Shown: positions 1-10,568 of the stretch, piece by piece
Position numbering within the stretch: the stretch's first letter is position 1
Layout of the letters: each line of letters opens with the position of its first letter
Assembly: GCA_963514005.1 (NCBI GenBank)
Contig: OY740783.1
Span: 6,324,001 to 6,388,000, forward strand
Direction: 5' to 3'
DNA: 64,000 nucleotides
From: Raja brachyura
Lineage: Eukaryota
Translations under genes and position numbers: made by a program
The notes under the pieces: model-generated
Database searches by the model: none
What the model saw: the letters and a program-made list of their open reading frames with translations, nothing else
What the model was told of the DNA's origin: nothing

Positions 1-99
1 ACTCTAGTCTCTGTGCAGAGAACAACACAATGAGTGAAATGAGAGATCGCACCATGGGCTATCGTTTTTTTGTAGACTCATACCTTTAGTGTCCCTCTC

Positions 100-226
100 C
101 ACTAATACTAGAAGAGTCTCGACCCGAATCGTCACCTGTTCCTTTTCTCTAGAGATGCCTAACCCGCTGTTACTCCGGCATTTTGTGTCCACTTTCGGTG
201 TAAACCAGCATCAGCACTTCCTTCCT
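100..226 (+). mobile_element. Degenerate Penelope-like terminal repeat fragment
   Basis: Decayed match to the CTGAAGAAGGGTCTCGACCCGAAACGTC...CTCCAGCATTTTGTGTC repeat seen at 15534 and 53446. Confidence 0.6.
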
Positions 227-307
227 ATGTCAATGTCAGTGAAGTTCTACCACCATGAGCTAATGTTTACACTAATACCCGAGACACACCACGGATGTAT
301 TTCTTAC

Positions 308-619
308 CTTGCCTACTGATATTTTGGCTTTTTATATATTTTCCATGGTTGACTTGGCAGGTATAGACGGCACGTCCGTTCCACTCTAGAGCTGGGATTG
401 TCAACTGGCTGGTCGCTGAGAAGTTACCGTTAACGTTCACCTGGAAGGCGGGAGAGGTGATGCCAGAATCCACTTGATTTCCATTCTTCAGCCAGTTCAC
501 AGTAAATTTCGCTGGGGTGAAATCGTTGACCAAACACACGGCGATCGCTTTTTTGCTGCGCTTGATTTCATCAAGGGAAGTTACGGTAATGGTGACGGTT
601 GGATGATATACCACAGGTT
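308..619 (-). CDS. IGHM: IgM heavy chain constant exon Cmu2 (EPVVYHPTVTITVTSLDEI...VCLVNDFTP...WLKNG...YTCQVNH...SQNISRQ)
   Basis: Acceptor TTTCAG at 625-620, donor GTAAG at 307-303; 312-nt phase 1-1 open exon; C1-set motifs resemble elasmobranch Cmu2. Confidence 0.92.
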
Positions 620-819
620 CTGAAAGAAAATAAACTTCATTGGAATTGCTCTAAAACAATCGTCAATTAATATTGACACATTATTTTGACCAAAAAAAAA
701 ATCACTTTTTCCGATTAAACGTAGCCACCCACTCACTTGGACTTGCAGAGATGTTGCTAAATTCTTTGTTTATCATGGTACATCGAGTGCTCGTAAATGG
801 GGAAATTATAGCTCGGTAA

Positions 820-1087
820 TGCCCCTGTCCCACTTAGGAAACCTGAACGGAAACCTCTGGAGACTTTGCGCCCTACCCAAGGTTTCCGTGCGGTTCCCGG
901 AGGTTTTTGTCAGGTTCCCGGAGGTTTTTTCAAATTTGTGAAATAATGGCCGGAACATAGAAGAAGCGGAAACCACTTTCGACCATTAGGGAGACTGACG
1001 AAAACCTCCGGGAACCGCACGGAAACATTGGGTGGGGCGCAAAGTCTTAGAGGCTTCCGTTCTGGTTTCCTAAGATGGACAGGGGCA
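820..1087. mobile_element. PIF/Harbinger-type MITE in the Cmu1-Cmu2 intron
   Basis: ~90-bp imperfect TIRs (TGCCCCTGTCCCACTTAGGAAACC... / ...GGTTTCCTAAGATGGACAGGGGCA); TAA TSD at 817-819 and 1088-1090. Confidence 0.85.
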
Positions 1088-1569
1088 TAAGTAGTTGTCA
1101 CTTGGATGTTATGGGCCAACTGTTCTGCTTCTGTCCTCTATGTCTGTGTCTGTGCTTTTAATACCCTTGATAATGTTCTCAACATGATGCACTCAGCCGC
1201 TTCGATTGTTCGCGAGTTAAAATGTAACTTATCTACGGATAGATCAGTTCCTCGCGATTTATATGAACGTGCTCGTGATGATAATACATTTATGAGCACT
1301 CTTTTCAAGCTCTCTTCCAAGTCATTTTGGTTTTTTATGATTTTGTAAATGGTGAATTGCCTCGATAATTGAAGCACCGCCTTCCGTTCCATGCCAAGAA
1401 CGAACGACAGTGCTTCGGTATTATAAATATCGCTCTCGCCCCTCGGTGCCAGGAAACAAAACTCACCGTTTTATCCAATCAACAACAGCAGATGGTGTTC
1501 AATTTTTTTTTTTAAAGCAAAGAGCTGGAATAATTTAGCGGGCAAGGCATATTGTCACTTTCAGTTGAG

Positions 1570-2610
1570 ATAGAAACATAGAAAATAGGTGCAGGAGGAG
1601 GCCATTTGGCCCTTCGAGCCAGCACCGCCTTTCATTGTGATCACGGCTGATCGTCCCCAATCAAGAACCCGTACCTGCCTTCTCCCCATATCCCTTGACT
1701 CCACTAGCCCCTAGAGCTCTATCTAACTCTCTCTTAAATCCATCCAGTGACTTGGCCTCCACTGCCCTCTGTGGCAGGGAATTCCATAAATTCACAATTC
1801 TCGGGGTGAAAACTTTTTTTCTCACCTCAGTCTTAAATGACCTCCCCTTTATTCTAAGACTGTGGCCCCTGGTTCTGGACTCGCGCAACATTGGGAACAT
1901 TTTTCCTGCATCTAGCTTGTCCAGTCCTTTTATAATTTTATATGTTTATATGTTTCTATAAGATTCCCCCTCACCAGCAGTGCTACCCCCCCTCCTCTGC
2001 CCACCTGCCTGTCCTTTCTATAGGATGTCTAACCCTGAATATGAAGTTTCCAGGCCCGATCCTCCTGCAGCCACGTCTCAGTAATCCCCACAATGTCATA
2101 TCTACCAACCTTCAACTGAGCCTCAAGCTCATCTACATTACTTCTTATACTTCACACATTCATATACAATACTTTTAATTCCTTATGCATCTCACCTTTC
2201 ACATCGATCCCTATTACACTTGGCCATACTCTCCTATCCCTTTGTGAGCTTCCTTTCCCGTTAATTCTGGGGGTCATTAACCATCCCTTTACTGTCTTTG
2301 CCTTTAACTCCGTCCTCGACTATCCCATTTGACATCCCACCCCCTTATTCAGTTTAAAACCACCCGTGTAGCAGTGGCAAACCTGCCTGCCAGATTGCCG
2401 GTCCCCCACCTGTTAAGATGCAATCCCTCCCTTTTGTACAGTTCCCCCTTACTCCAAAACAGATCCCAGTGATCTAAGAATCTAAATCCCCTCCCCCTGC
2501 ACCAGTTCCTCAGCTGCACATTCAGGTCCCGTATCTGCCTGTTCCTGCTTTCGCCAGCACGAGGAACTGGAAGCAAACCGGAGATAACAACCCTGGAGTA
2601 CTTATCTTCA
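1570..2610 (-). mobile_element. CR1 LINE fragments (3' end plus ORF1/ORF2 junction piece)
   Basis: RTRGHSLRI..NLWNSLP C-terminus with (CATAGAAA)n tail; ORF1 esterase-like ..VVISGLLPVPR..GLHLN.. Confidence 0.85.
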
Positions 2611-2629
2611 ATTGTCAAATCCCGCAAAT

Positions 2630-3110
2630 TATATGCATTGCATCATGGACTGGTTCGGCAATTTGAAAGTCCAGGAACGGAAAAAGACTGTAAAAAGTTG
2701 CAATCACTGCCCAGTCTATAACCGGCGCGGACCTCTACATCATCAAAGGGATGTATCGGAGTTGCTGCCTCAAAAAGACTGCCAGCATCATCGGAGACCC
2801 ACACCATGCGGGCACACACTCATCTCACCACTGCCATCGTGAAGAATGTACAAGAGCCTGAGAACTGTAACGTCCAGGCTATTAAACAGCACAACATCAT
2901 AAGCTCTGAACGACAATAGACTATTATTATTGCACTGTTATTGTTTGTTCTTTGAATATGTACACACACACACACACACTGAACTTTTTTTTCTCACTCT
3001 CGTTTATCATATTATTTATGATGTTCACATATTCTGTTGTGCTGCAGCAAGCAAGAATGTAATTGTTCTATCTGGGACACATGACAATAAAACACACTTG
3101 ACTCCAACTC
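2630..3110 (+). mobile_element. Rex1/Babar-like LINE 3' fragment
   Basis: Decayed WFGN...PLPS C-terminal motifs similar to the 49346-50187 element; ends ACAATAAA plus a short-repeat tail. Confidence 0.55.
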
Positions 3111-3144
3111 CACCCTCAGCCTTGCATTGCACCCCAACACGAAC

Positions 3145-3441
3145 CTGGTAATGGCACTTTATACTCTTTTTGGTTGTGCCGAACCACACAGAAGATGTCG
3201 CTTCCCCCAGCCACTGCCTCGGTGATGGTTAACTCGCTGCTCCGGGTGTAAGTTCCCAACTTATTGAACACTGCCGGGTAGTTCTTCACTCCATCGACCA
3301 GGTCTGTATCATCTTTCTTCCAAGAGACACTGGCGCCCGCAGGGGAATAGCCCAACGCCAAACAACCGTAGGTGAACGAACCACTGGAGCCGTGATCCTC
3401 GCACGTGAAGAGAATGAAGGGGCTGGGGGGGGAATCAGCCG
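3145..3441 (-). CDS. IGHM: IgM heavy chain constant exon Cmu1 (ADSPPSPFILFTCEDHGSSGSFTYGCLALGYSPAGASVSWKK...IFCVVRHNQKEYKVPLP)
   Basis: Acceptor AG at 3443-3442, donor GT at 3144-3143; 297-nt phase 1-1 open exon; C1-set Cys/Trp/Cys plus an N-terminal Cys typical of the L-chain link; GCLA.GYSP and YPAV.NK.GTYT motifs resemble shark Cmu1 (isotype call from recalled similarity). Confidence 0.92.
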
Positions 3442-3854
3442 CTGCAAGTCAAAGGTCACATGAATGTTAAACTCTCTCTCTTGCTTGTTTTGCAAAATAT
3501 TCAGTGCGGAATCATTATACAGCAATTCGTTACACAATATTCTATTTCATGAAACTTCACCCGAGTATCATAAACTATTAGTTCAACATAGAAAATGGAA
3601 ACATAGAAAATAGGTGCAGGAGGAGGCCATTCGGCCCATTGAGCCAGCACCGCCATTCATTGTGATCATGGCTGATTCAACATTCCACCTTGATCCCACC
3701 TTGGAGCACATTGGCTGAAAACTTCTTAGGGTGCCAATATCTGGCAGTTACTGTCAAATGTATGCACAATTTTAAGTTGGAAATATATCAATAGGCCTCC
3801 AGTATTAATTACTGTAAAATTCCCTGGGTTTCTCAGGAATGCTCAATGGCCATA

Positions 3855-4345
3855 ACTAACGTTACAATCTCACCAAACTCCTTGTTGTGACTGGGGATGA
3901 TGGAGTAAGGGCAGAACTAGGGGATACAGTGTGGACACGTGTGAGGGCCTCGTCTATGGTAAACGTGGGGAATACCCGCTCCCTAAAGAATGAGGAGTGC
4001 GGATATTCTGGTATGGAACAACTCATCTTGGGAGCAGTTGCGCGGAGACGGTTGAATTTGGGAATAGGACATAGAGTCTTTGCAGGAGGCAAGGTTGGAA
4101 GAGCTGTAGTCCTGATAGCTGTGAGAGTCCGTAGATTTGCAATTTACGACAGTCGATATTCTATCTCCTGCGATGGAGACGGTGAGATCAACAAAGTGGA
4201 GGCATTGTGTCGGGGATGGACCCGGTGAAATTGATCGTAGGGTCTCAGTTAGTAGCTAATGAAGTCCATGAGTTCTCCATGAGTATAGGAGGAAGAATAC
4301 GGGGATAGGGGCAGTCTGTGTCAGGCGTTGTTCCATGTACCCAAC
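3855..4345 (-). mobile_element. Penelope-like element RT/linker fragment
   Basis: Translation SSFFRERVFP..IDEALTRV..SSALTP resembles the PLE post-RT region; frameshifted. Confidence 0.65.
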
Positions 4346-4352
4346 CAAATGG

Positions 4353-6215
4353 AAATTGGTGAAATGATGTGGAATGTTGGAAACAAAATGTTCTGCTATT
4401 TTAATTATAGAACAGGGTATCCCACTAATACTTGAATAGAATGAGAATTGGAATCGATGGCTCAAAGGAGGATTTGACTGATGTTCAAAATTACATTTGC
4501 ATTAATTTAATTAAAATTAAATAATTAGGTAGGTTTCGCTTGGACCCATGAGAGTGCCCATGGCAAAACATTTGATTTGGAGAGAAGAGTTTGGGTTTTA
4601 TAAATGGTTCAGAGACTATCCGATCAATTCACAGAAATTGGAAAGATGACTGGTTTACCATATCGGGCTCCCGAACATAAATTGAGAGAAGACAAAAAAA
4701 AATCACAATCTTGCCATGAACTTGTCCCTAAAATGTGTCAATCGAACCAAACCAACTAAGGAGGTGGATGGGATTGAAATGGTAGCTCTATTATTTAACG
4801 ACAAATAACACACCTAAAATGTCACTTAGCACTGTATTTTGTGAAATATCACTCCTATCACTCACGAAAATATACTGATCATTTGTATGCCGACAGTAAT
4901 TACAAGTAAATTCCGAAAAGCAATCCAGCCGACATTGGATAAGAACATTACATTCATACCAGATAAAAAATATGGAAGAGATTGCATTGGTAAAGATTTT
5001 AATGAACTCTCTCAATATAATGTCTACATTAATAAACGTTATGTATTCCAACATCTGGAAGCTAAATGTAGCATATAAATTGTAAGAACACTCCTGACTC
5101 AAAATTAATAATATTAGGAATATTAGAACACATCAATTAATAACAACGAATAAAATAATTTTTATCGATTACAGTTTAATAATTGGGAAAAAATTAATAT
5201 TGAAATTTTGGAAAGGTCCTACATCCCCCACAATCAAAATGTGGATTACAGGAATATCGGAGACACTTCACCTGGAAAGATTAAGACTTGTCCTACTGGG
5301 CAAGTTGGATCAATTCAGAGGGATATGGTCTCCATTTATTGAATATTTAAAGGGTCAAAATGGCTCGGTGCGAGAACCTGACTGAAGCCAGAATGAAGGA
5401 ATAGATGAAGAATCACATATAATAATCCATGGATATATCTCCAATGATGTATAACCTGCTTAATACTTCATTCATCTTTTTGATTTTCTATTTTTACTTT
5501 ATTTTTCTCTATTATTTTCTACCTGTATTAAAAAATTTTTTAAATGCATAGAAGTACAAATAAGAAATAATTGTTAATATTAATGTGACATGTATATTCT
5601 TCCTTTAATATGTACTTCTAATAAAAATATTTAACAAAAAGAAAAATAAATAAATAAATAGTAAGAACATGTTAGTACTTCGCCATTGAATCAATTGGCA
5701 CAGGTTTCAAATGTTTGTCTGTGTGCACCATTGCAATGGACTGTCCCTTAATGGATTCAAAAATTAATCGAATGAATATTAATGTTTTTGCAATGACGCT
5801 CAGTTCCGTTTCCAGCATCTTTAAAACGAGTTTACGTTTACAATATCATCGGCACTGGAGAACGAATGATTAACGTTGTATCACTGTCTGATCAGAAACG
5901 AATTAAAAAGATACCCATCATAAATTACAACCTGCAATCTATTAAAAAAAAATTCGAAGTTTGCTTCGTGACTTTAACGGCAAAAGTCTTTAATTCATAT
6001 AGAGGAAGTCTACTTTTAATAGTGAAAATGCACAATGTTGGTAAATCAATGTTTTAATTAATTAAATGCAAATGTAATTTTGAACGTCGCTCAAACCCTC
6101 CTATGAGCCATCGATTTAAATTCTGATTCTATTCAAGGATTAGTGGGATACCCTGTTCTATAATTAAAATAGCAGAAAATGTTGTTTCCAACATTCCACT
6201 TCATTTCCCCAATTT
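4353..6215. repeat. Inverted repeat pair (~165-bp arms at 4353-4516 and 6052-6215) in the JH-Cmu1 intron, each arm with an Ig octamer
   Basis: For example, TTCTGCTATTTTAATTATAGAACAGGGTATCCCACTAAT (left arm) is reverse-complemented in the right arm; ATTTGCAT at 4495-4502 and ATGCAAAT at 6066-6073. Confidence 0.9.
5110..5660 (+). mobile_element. L1/Tx1-like LINE 3' end
   Basis: KLILKFWK..PTIKMWI..LHLE..F..IWSPFIEYL C-terminal motif, then AATAAA and an A-rich tail (~5620-5660). Confidence 0.7.
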
Positions 6216-6588
6216 TCTTTTTTTTACCGTAAATTACATTTTTCATTTGCAATTTAGTAAATAGAGGAACGTTATGTTTAAATGACATTGGGCGCCTTAG
6301 ACAAAATTTGATTTCAAATTGTCTTTCTAATAAATGCGTGGATTCAAAATTATTTAAATATTACAGCTGTTCCGAAATGTCCCCATTTGACATTCAAGGT
6401 ATTTTCCAAATAGGTAATGTCGTGGTATTGAACAGGAAATTGAGACATGGGTCATCGGGTCGGGCAACACTTGTGGAAGGGGAAAACCAATACATTTCCA
6501 GGTCAACGATACTTGGATGACCAGTTCATGGCAAATTCAATTAAGATTAGAGATGGAACAAAGAAATAGATCTTTCTATTAGTCTGCA

Positions 6589-8158
6589 TAGTCTGCATCC
6601 CAGAGTACTCAAGGAGGTAGCCACAGAAATAGTGGATGCATTAGTGATAATTTTTCAAAATTCCTTAGATTCTGGAGTAGTTCCTGAGGATTGGAGGGTA
6701 GCTAATGTAACCCCACTTTTTAAAAAAGGAGGGAGAGAGAAAGCGGGGAATTACAGACCAGTTAGTCTAACATCGGTAGTGGGGAAACTGCTAGAGTCAG
6801 TTATTAAAGATGGGATAGCAGCGCATTTGGAAAGTGGTGAAATCATTGGACAAAGTCAGCATGGATTTACGAAAGGTAAATCATGTCTGACAAATCTGAT
6901 AGAATTTTTCGAGGATGTAACTGGTAGAGTGGATAAGGGAGAACCAGTGGATGTGTTATATCTAGACTTTCAGAAGGCTTTCGACAAGGTCCCGCATAAG
7001 AGATTAGCATACAAACTTAAAGCACACGGTATTGGGGGTTCAGTATTGATGTGGATAGAGAACTGGCTAGCAGACAGGAGGCAAAGGGTAGGAGTAAGCG
7101 GGTCCTTTTCAGAATGGCAGGCAGTGACTAGTGGGGTGCCGCAAGGCTCAGTGCTGGGACCCCAGCTATTTACAATATATATTAATGATTTGGACGAGGG
7201 AATTCAATGCAACATCTCCAAATTTGCAGATGATACCAAGCTGGGGGGTATAGTTAGGTGTGAGGAGGATGCTTGGAGGCTGCAGGGTGATTTGGATAGG
7301 CTGAGTGAATGGGCAGATGCATGGCAGATGCAGTACAATGTGGATAAATGTGAGGTTATCCACTTTGGTGGCAAAAACATGAGGGTAGACTATTATCTGA
7401 ATGGTGGCAGATTAGGTAAGGGGGAGATGCAACGAGACCTGGGTGTCATGGTACACCAGTCATTGAAAGTAGGCATGCAGGTGCAGCAGGCAGTGAAGAA
7501 AGCAAATGGTATGTTAGCATTCATAGCGAAAGGATTTGAGTATAGGAGCAGGGAGGTTCTACTGCAGTTGTACAGGGTTTTGGTGAGGCCACACCTGGAG
7601 TACTGCGTACAGTTTTGGTCTCCAAATCTGAGGAAAGACATCCTTGCCATAGAGGGGGTACAGAGAAGATTCACCAGACTGATTCCTGGGATGTCAGGAC
7701 TTTCATATGAGGAAAGATTGGATAGACTCGGTTTGTACTCGATGGAATTTAGAAGATTGAGGGGGGATCTTATAGAAACCTACAAAATTCTTAAGGGGTT
7801 GGACAAGCTAGATGCTGGAAGATTGTTCCCGATGTTGGGGGAGTCCAGAACAAGGGGTCACAGTCTAAGGATAAGGGGGAATTCCTTTAGGACCGAAATG
7901 AGGAAAACATTCTTTACACAGAGAGTGGTGAGTCTCTGGAATTCTCTGCCACAGAAGGTAGTTGAGGCCAGTTCATTGGCTATATTTAAGAGGGCGTTAG
8001 ATGTGGCACTTGTGGCTAAAGGGATCAGGGGGTATGGAGAGAAGGCAGGTACGGGATACTGAGTTGGATGATCAGCCATGATCACATTGAATGGCGGTGC
8101 AGGCTCGAAGGGCCGAATGGCCTACTCCTGCACCTATTTTCTATGTTTCTATGTTTCT
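6589..8158 (+). mobile_element. Young 5'-truncated CR1 LINE with open RT frame (6632-8062), in the JH-Cmu1 intron and antisense to IgH
   Basis: 476-aa ORF with NYRPVSLTS, DFQKAFD, GVPQGSVLGP, FADD; (TTTCTATG)n tail; 8 aa differences from the 60612-63385 copy. Confidence 0.95.
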
Positions 8159-8616
8159 GCCAACCGAATCCACGGCGACACACACGTTCTACCCCAATAC
8201 CGATGTCAGGCCAACTGCTCTGTCATTCCCTGCTTTCTCTCTCCCTCCTATCTTGAAAAGTGGGATCACATTATCTACCCTTAATCCACAGGAACTGATG
8301 CAGAATCTATAGGACATTGGAGACTGATTACCAATGCTTCCACGATATGGAGACACACCGCCTTCCCAACCCATTGTTCAAGCGATTTTGATTGCAACAT
8401 GCGCCTTAATTGAGTTCAACAAAGAAACTGGCAAGTTACTAAAGAACTATGCACTTCTGTGCTTTGCTGCAAGAAAATGATACATCTTCAATGCAAGTTT
8501 TGTTAGCCATTGGATCAAAGGTGGCAATGCGATTCCACCAATTAATACATGCACTTCTTAAATACAAAACTTGGACATTTTACACCCAGGATTTATCCAT
8601 TTCTATCATTTGTTTA

Positions 8617-8790
8617 TATAGAAACATAGAAAATAGGTGCAGGAGGAGGCCATTCGGCCCTTTGAGCCAGCAGCGCCATTCATTGTGATCATGGCTGATC
8701 ATCCCCAATCAATAACCCGTGCCTGCCTTCTCCCCATGTCCCTTGATTCCACTAGCTCCTAGAGCTCTATCTAACTCTCTCTTAAATCCA
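8617..8790 (-). mobile_element. CR1 3' end fragment
   Basis: CATAGAAAATAGGTGCAGGAGGAGGCCATTCGGCCC 3'-end signature. Confidence 0.85.
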
Positions 8791-9173
8791 TGTGTTGAGA
8801 AATATGCGTTGAGAACAAGCAAACTGAGACAAAGCACCTGCTGTTGATCAGAAAACACAGTTCGATGCATCGCTGATCTGGGACCACAACAGTCTCAAAC
8901 AATTTGAAAGCATGGTGAAGGCAAATTCAAGCACATTTTTCGACTAATTAGGAACTAAATCATACCTGTTTCATCGTCAAAGGATCGAAGTCATAGCATA
9001 CAAGGCACGTTTAATTCTGGAATCTTACTGCAGCTAAATCACATAACATTCTAAAGCAACATCAATCCAACATTGCAATGAATTGGTAATTAATGCAGAA
9101 GACAATTATTGTAAATATATATTAAAATTACAACTGGATACATCTAGAGACTGAATAGGATGAAGTTTCTTAC

Positions 9174-9221
9174 CGTTGGTTACGGTCAACATGGTGCCTC
9201 CTCCCCAGTATTCAAGATAGT
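9174..9221 (-). CDS. IGHJ: JH segment, YLEYWGGGTMLTVTN
   Basis: WGxG motif; phase-1 donor GTAAG at 9173-9169; joins Cmu1 in frame (G+CG = Ala). Confidence 0.96.
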
Positions 9222-9260
9222 CACGGTGTTACATTCTATGGGGTTCTTCACACAATAACA
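9222..9260 (+). other. JH 23-RSS: CACGGTG-23-ACAATAACA
   Basis: Heptamer 9222-9228, spacer 9229-9251, nonamer 9252-9260, abutting the JH coding end. Confidence 0.9.
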
Positions 9261-9587
9261 TGATCTGCACCAGGCAGGCAAAAAAGAACACAATTCCTGT
9301 AAGTATTCGTATTTCACATCTAAGGCGAATGCCTTATTGCTCTTTGAAAACAATGAATGCGTTAAAAATATAATTTCCAACAAGAATCAGGTGCCAAGGT
9401 GCCATGTATTTTACAGGGCAGTGACATGTGATTAGAATAATTTACATGTAAAATATAAATTACCACAAGTTGCCAATACAATAAAAGGTGCTAAAATAGT
9501 CCTGGACATGTTTATGCTCCTGTAGTATGAGATATTAAATTGAAAATAGCATATACTGACCCAGACCACGGTATTATGGGTTGTGGA

Positions 9588-9651
9588 TGTTTTTGTATTG
9601 GTAGGAACCGCTGTGCCAGTATACACAGTGAAACATGGCATGACAAATACT
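9588..9651 (-). other. IGHD: DH2 segment (9616-9623, TATACTGG) flanked by 12/12 RSSs
   Basis: + strand CACAGTG(9624-9630)-12-ACAAATACT(9643-9651); - strand CACAGCG(9615-9609)-12-ACAAAAACA(9596-9588). Confidence 0.94.
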
Positions 9652-9901
9652 TCACTCTTCAAGAACTGATGCATGCACTGCTCACAGAGGATATGTCCCC
9701 GGGCACTATTCGCTGTCACTTTTAAAGCTAAACGGTGTTCTTCCAAAGCTCATATAACATAACGTTAACTGGTCGGAAGACAGTTGGACATTTCTCAAAA
9801 ACAATCCATGTAACTTTAAGCAGTGAACTTTCATTTGAATTTGCTTCGCTCGGCTCTCCAGCTGTGCTCGTAGGTTCGAACAGGAGAAAACTAGGTGTGG
9901 G

Positions 9902-9979
9902 GGTTTTTGTACGGGGAAGTCGCTGTATGCATCACCGTGACCCACTGTATACACAGTGAGACAGACCCGCACAAAAACC
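9902..9979 (-). other. IGHD: DH1 segment (9940-9951, TATACAGTGGGT) with V-facing 12-RSS and J-facing 22-RSS
   Basis: + strand CACAGTG(9952-9958)-12-ACAAAAACC(9971-9979); - strand CACGGTG(9939-9933)-22-ACAAAAACC(9910-9902). The 12/22 arrangement is typical of elasmobranch D1. Confidence 0.96.
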
Positions 9980-10054
9980 TCCCATACAGTTCACACTCAG
10001 GTTTCATTTGAAATGGCCTTCAACGCGATTTTAAATGTCCCAGCAGTTCACAGA

Positions 10055-10217
10055 GAACATAGAAACATAGAAAATAGGTGCAGGAGTAGGCCATTCGGCC
10101 CTTCGATCATCCAACTCAGTATCCCGTACCTGCCTTCTTTCCATGCCCTCTGATCCCCTTAGCCACAAGGGCCACATCCAACTCCCTCTTAAATATAGCC
10201 AATGAACTGGAACATAG
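10055..10217 (-). mobile_element. CR1 3' fragment inserted between VH and D1
   Basis: CR1 tail and 3' UTR; flanking GAACATAG duplication at 10055-10062 and 10210-10217. Confidence 0.85.
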
Positions 10218-10529
10218 TAGACATAACACCAACAATCTCCCTGCATCTCAACTGCGTAATGGAATCAGCATATATTCGAGGTCTATGATTGTACACAACG
10301 CTGTCGGTATGAGTGAAGGAAAGAACAAACCAATCTCACTTCAATGCGCAGGTTACATTTTGAATAATTGCTAGGTTTATTCTTTGAACCCTTTTTAAAC
10401 AATGGAACAACATATCGTGTTGGATTTGCCAACGGTAGTTTGCGCTCCATTTTCCGACTGTTATTATAGCTGTTGAAAATAATTCTCACCTCTGGTCTTT
10501 GATGGTGAAAGCTGGACTTCCCAACGTGC

Positions 10530-10568
10530 CGCTCTTGTACGGGTCTGTCACTGAATCCTCACACTGTG
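10530..10568 (-). other. VH 3' recombination signal sequence (23-RSS): CACAGTG-23-ACAAGAGCG
   Basis: Perfect heptamer at 10568-10562, 23-nt spacer, nonamer 6/9 match to ACAAAAACC. Confidence 0.9.

Noticed and set aside
9943-9949. Heptamer-like TACAGTG inside D1 as an extra RSS
   Set aside because: It lies 32 nt from the nonamer, which fits neither a 12 nor a 23 spacer, and it lacks the CAC start on that strand.
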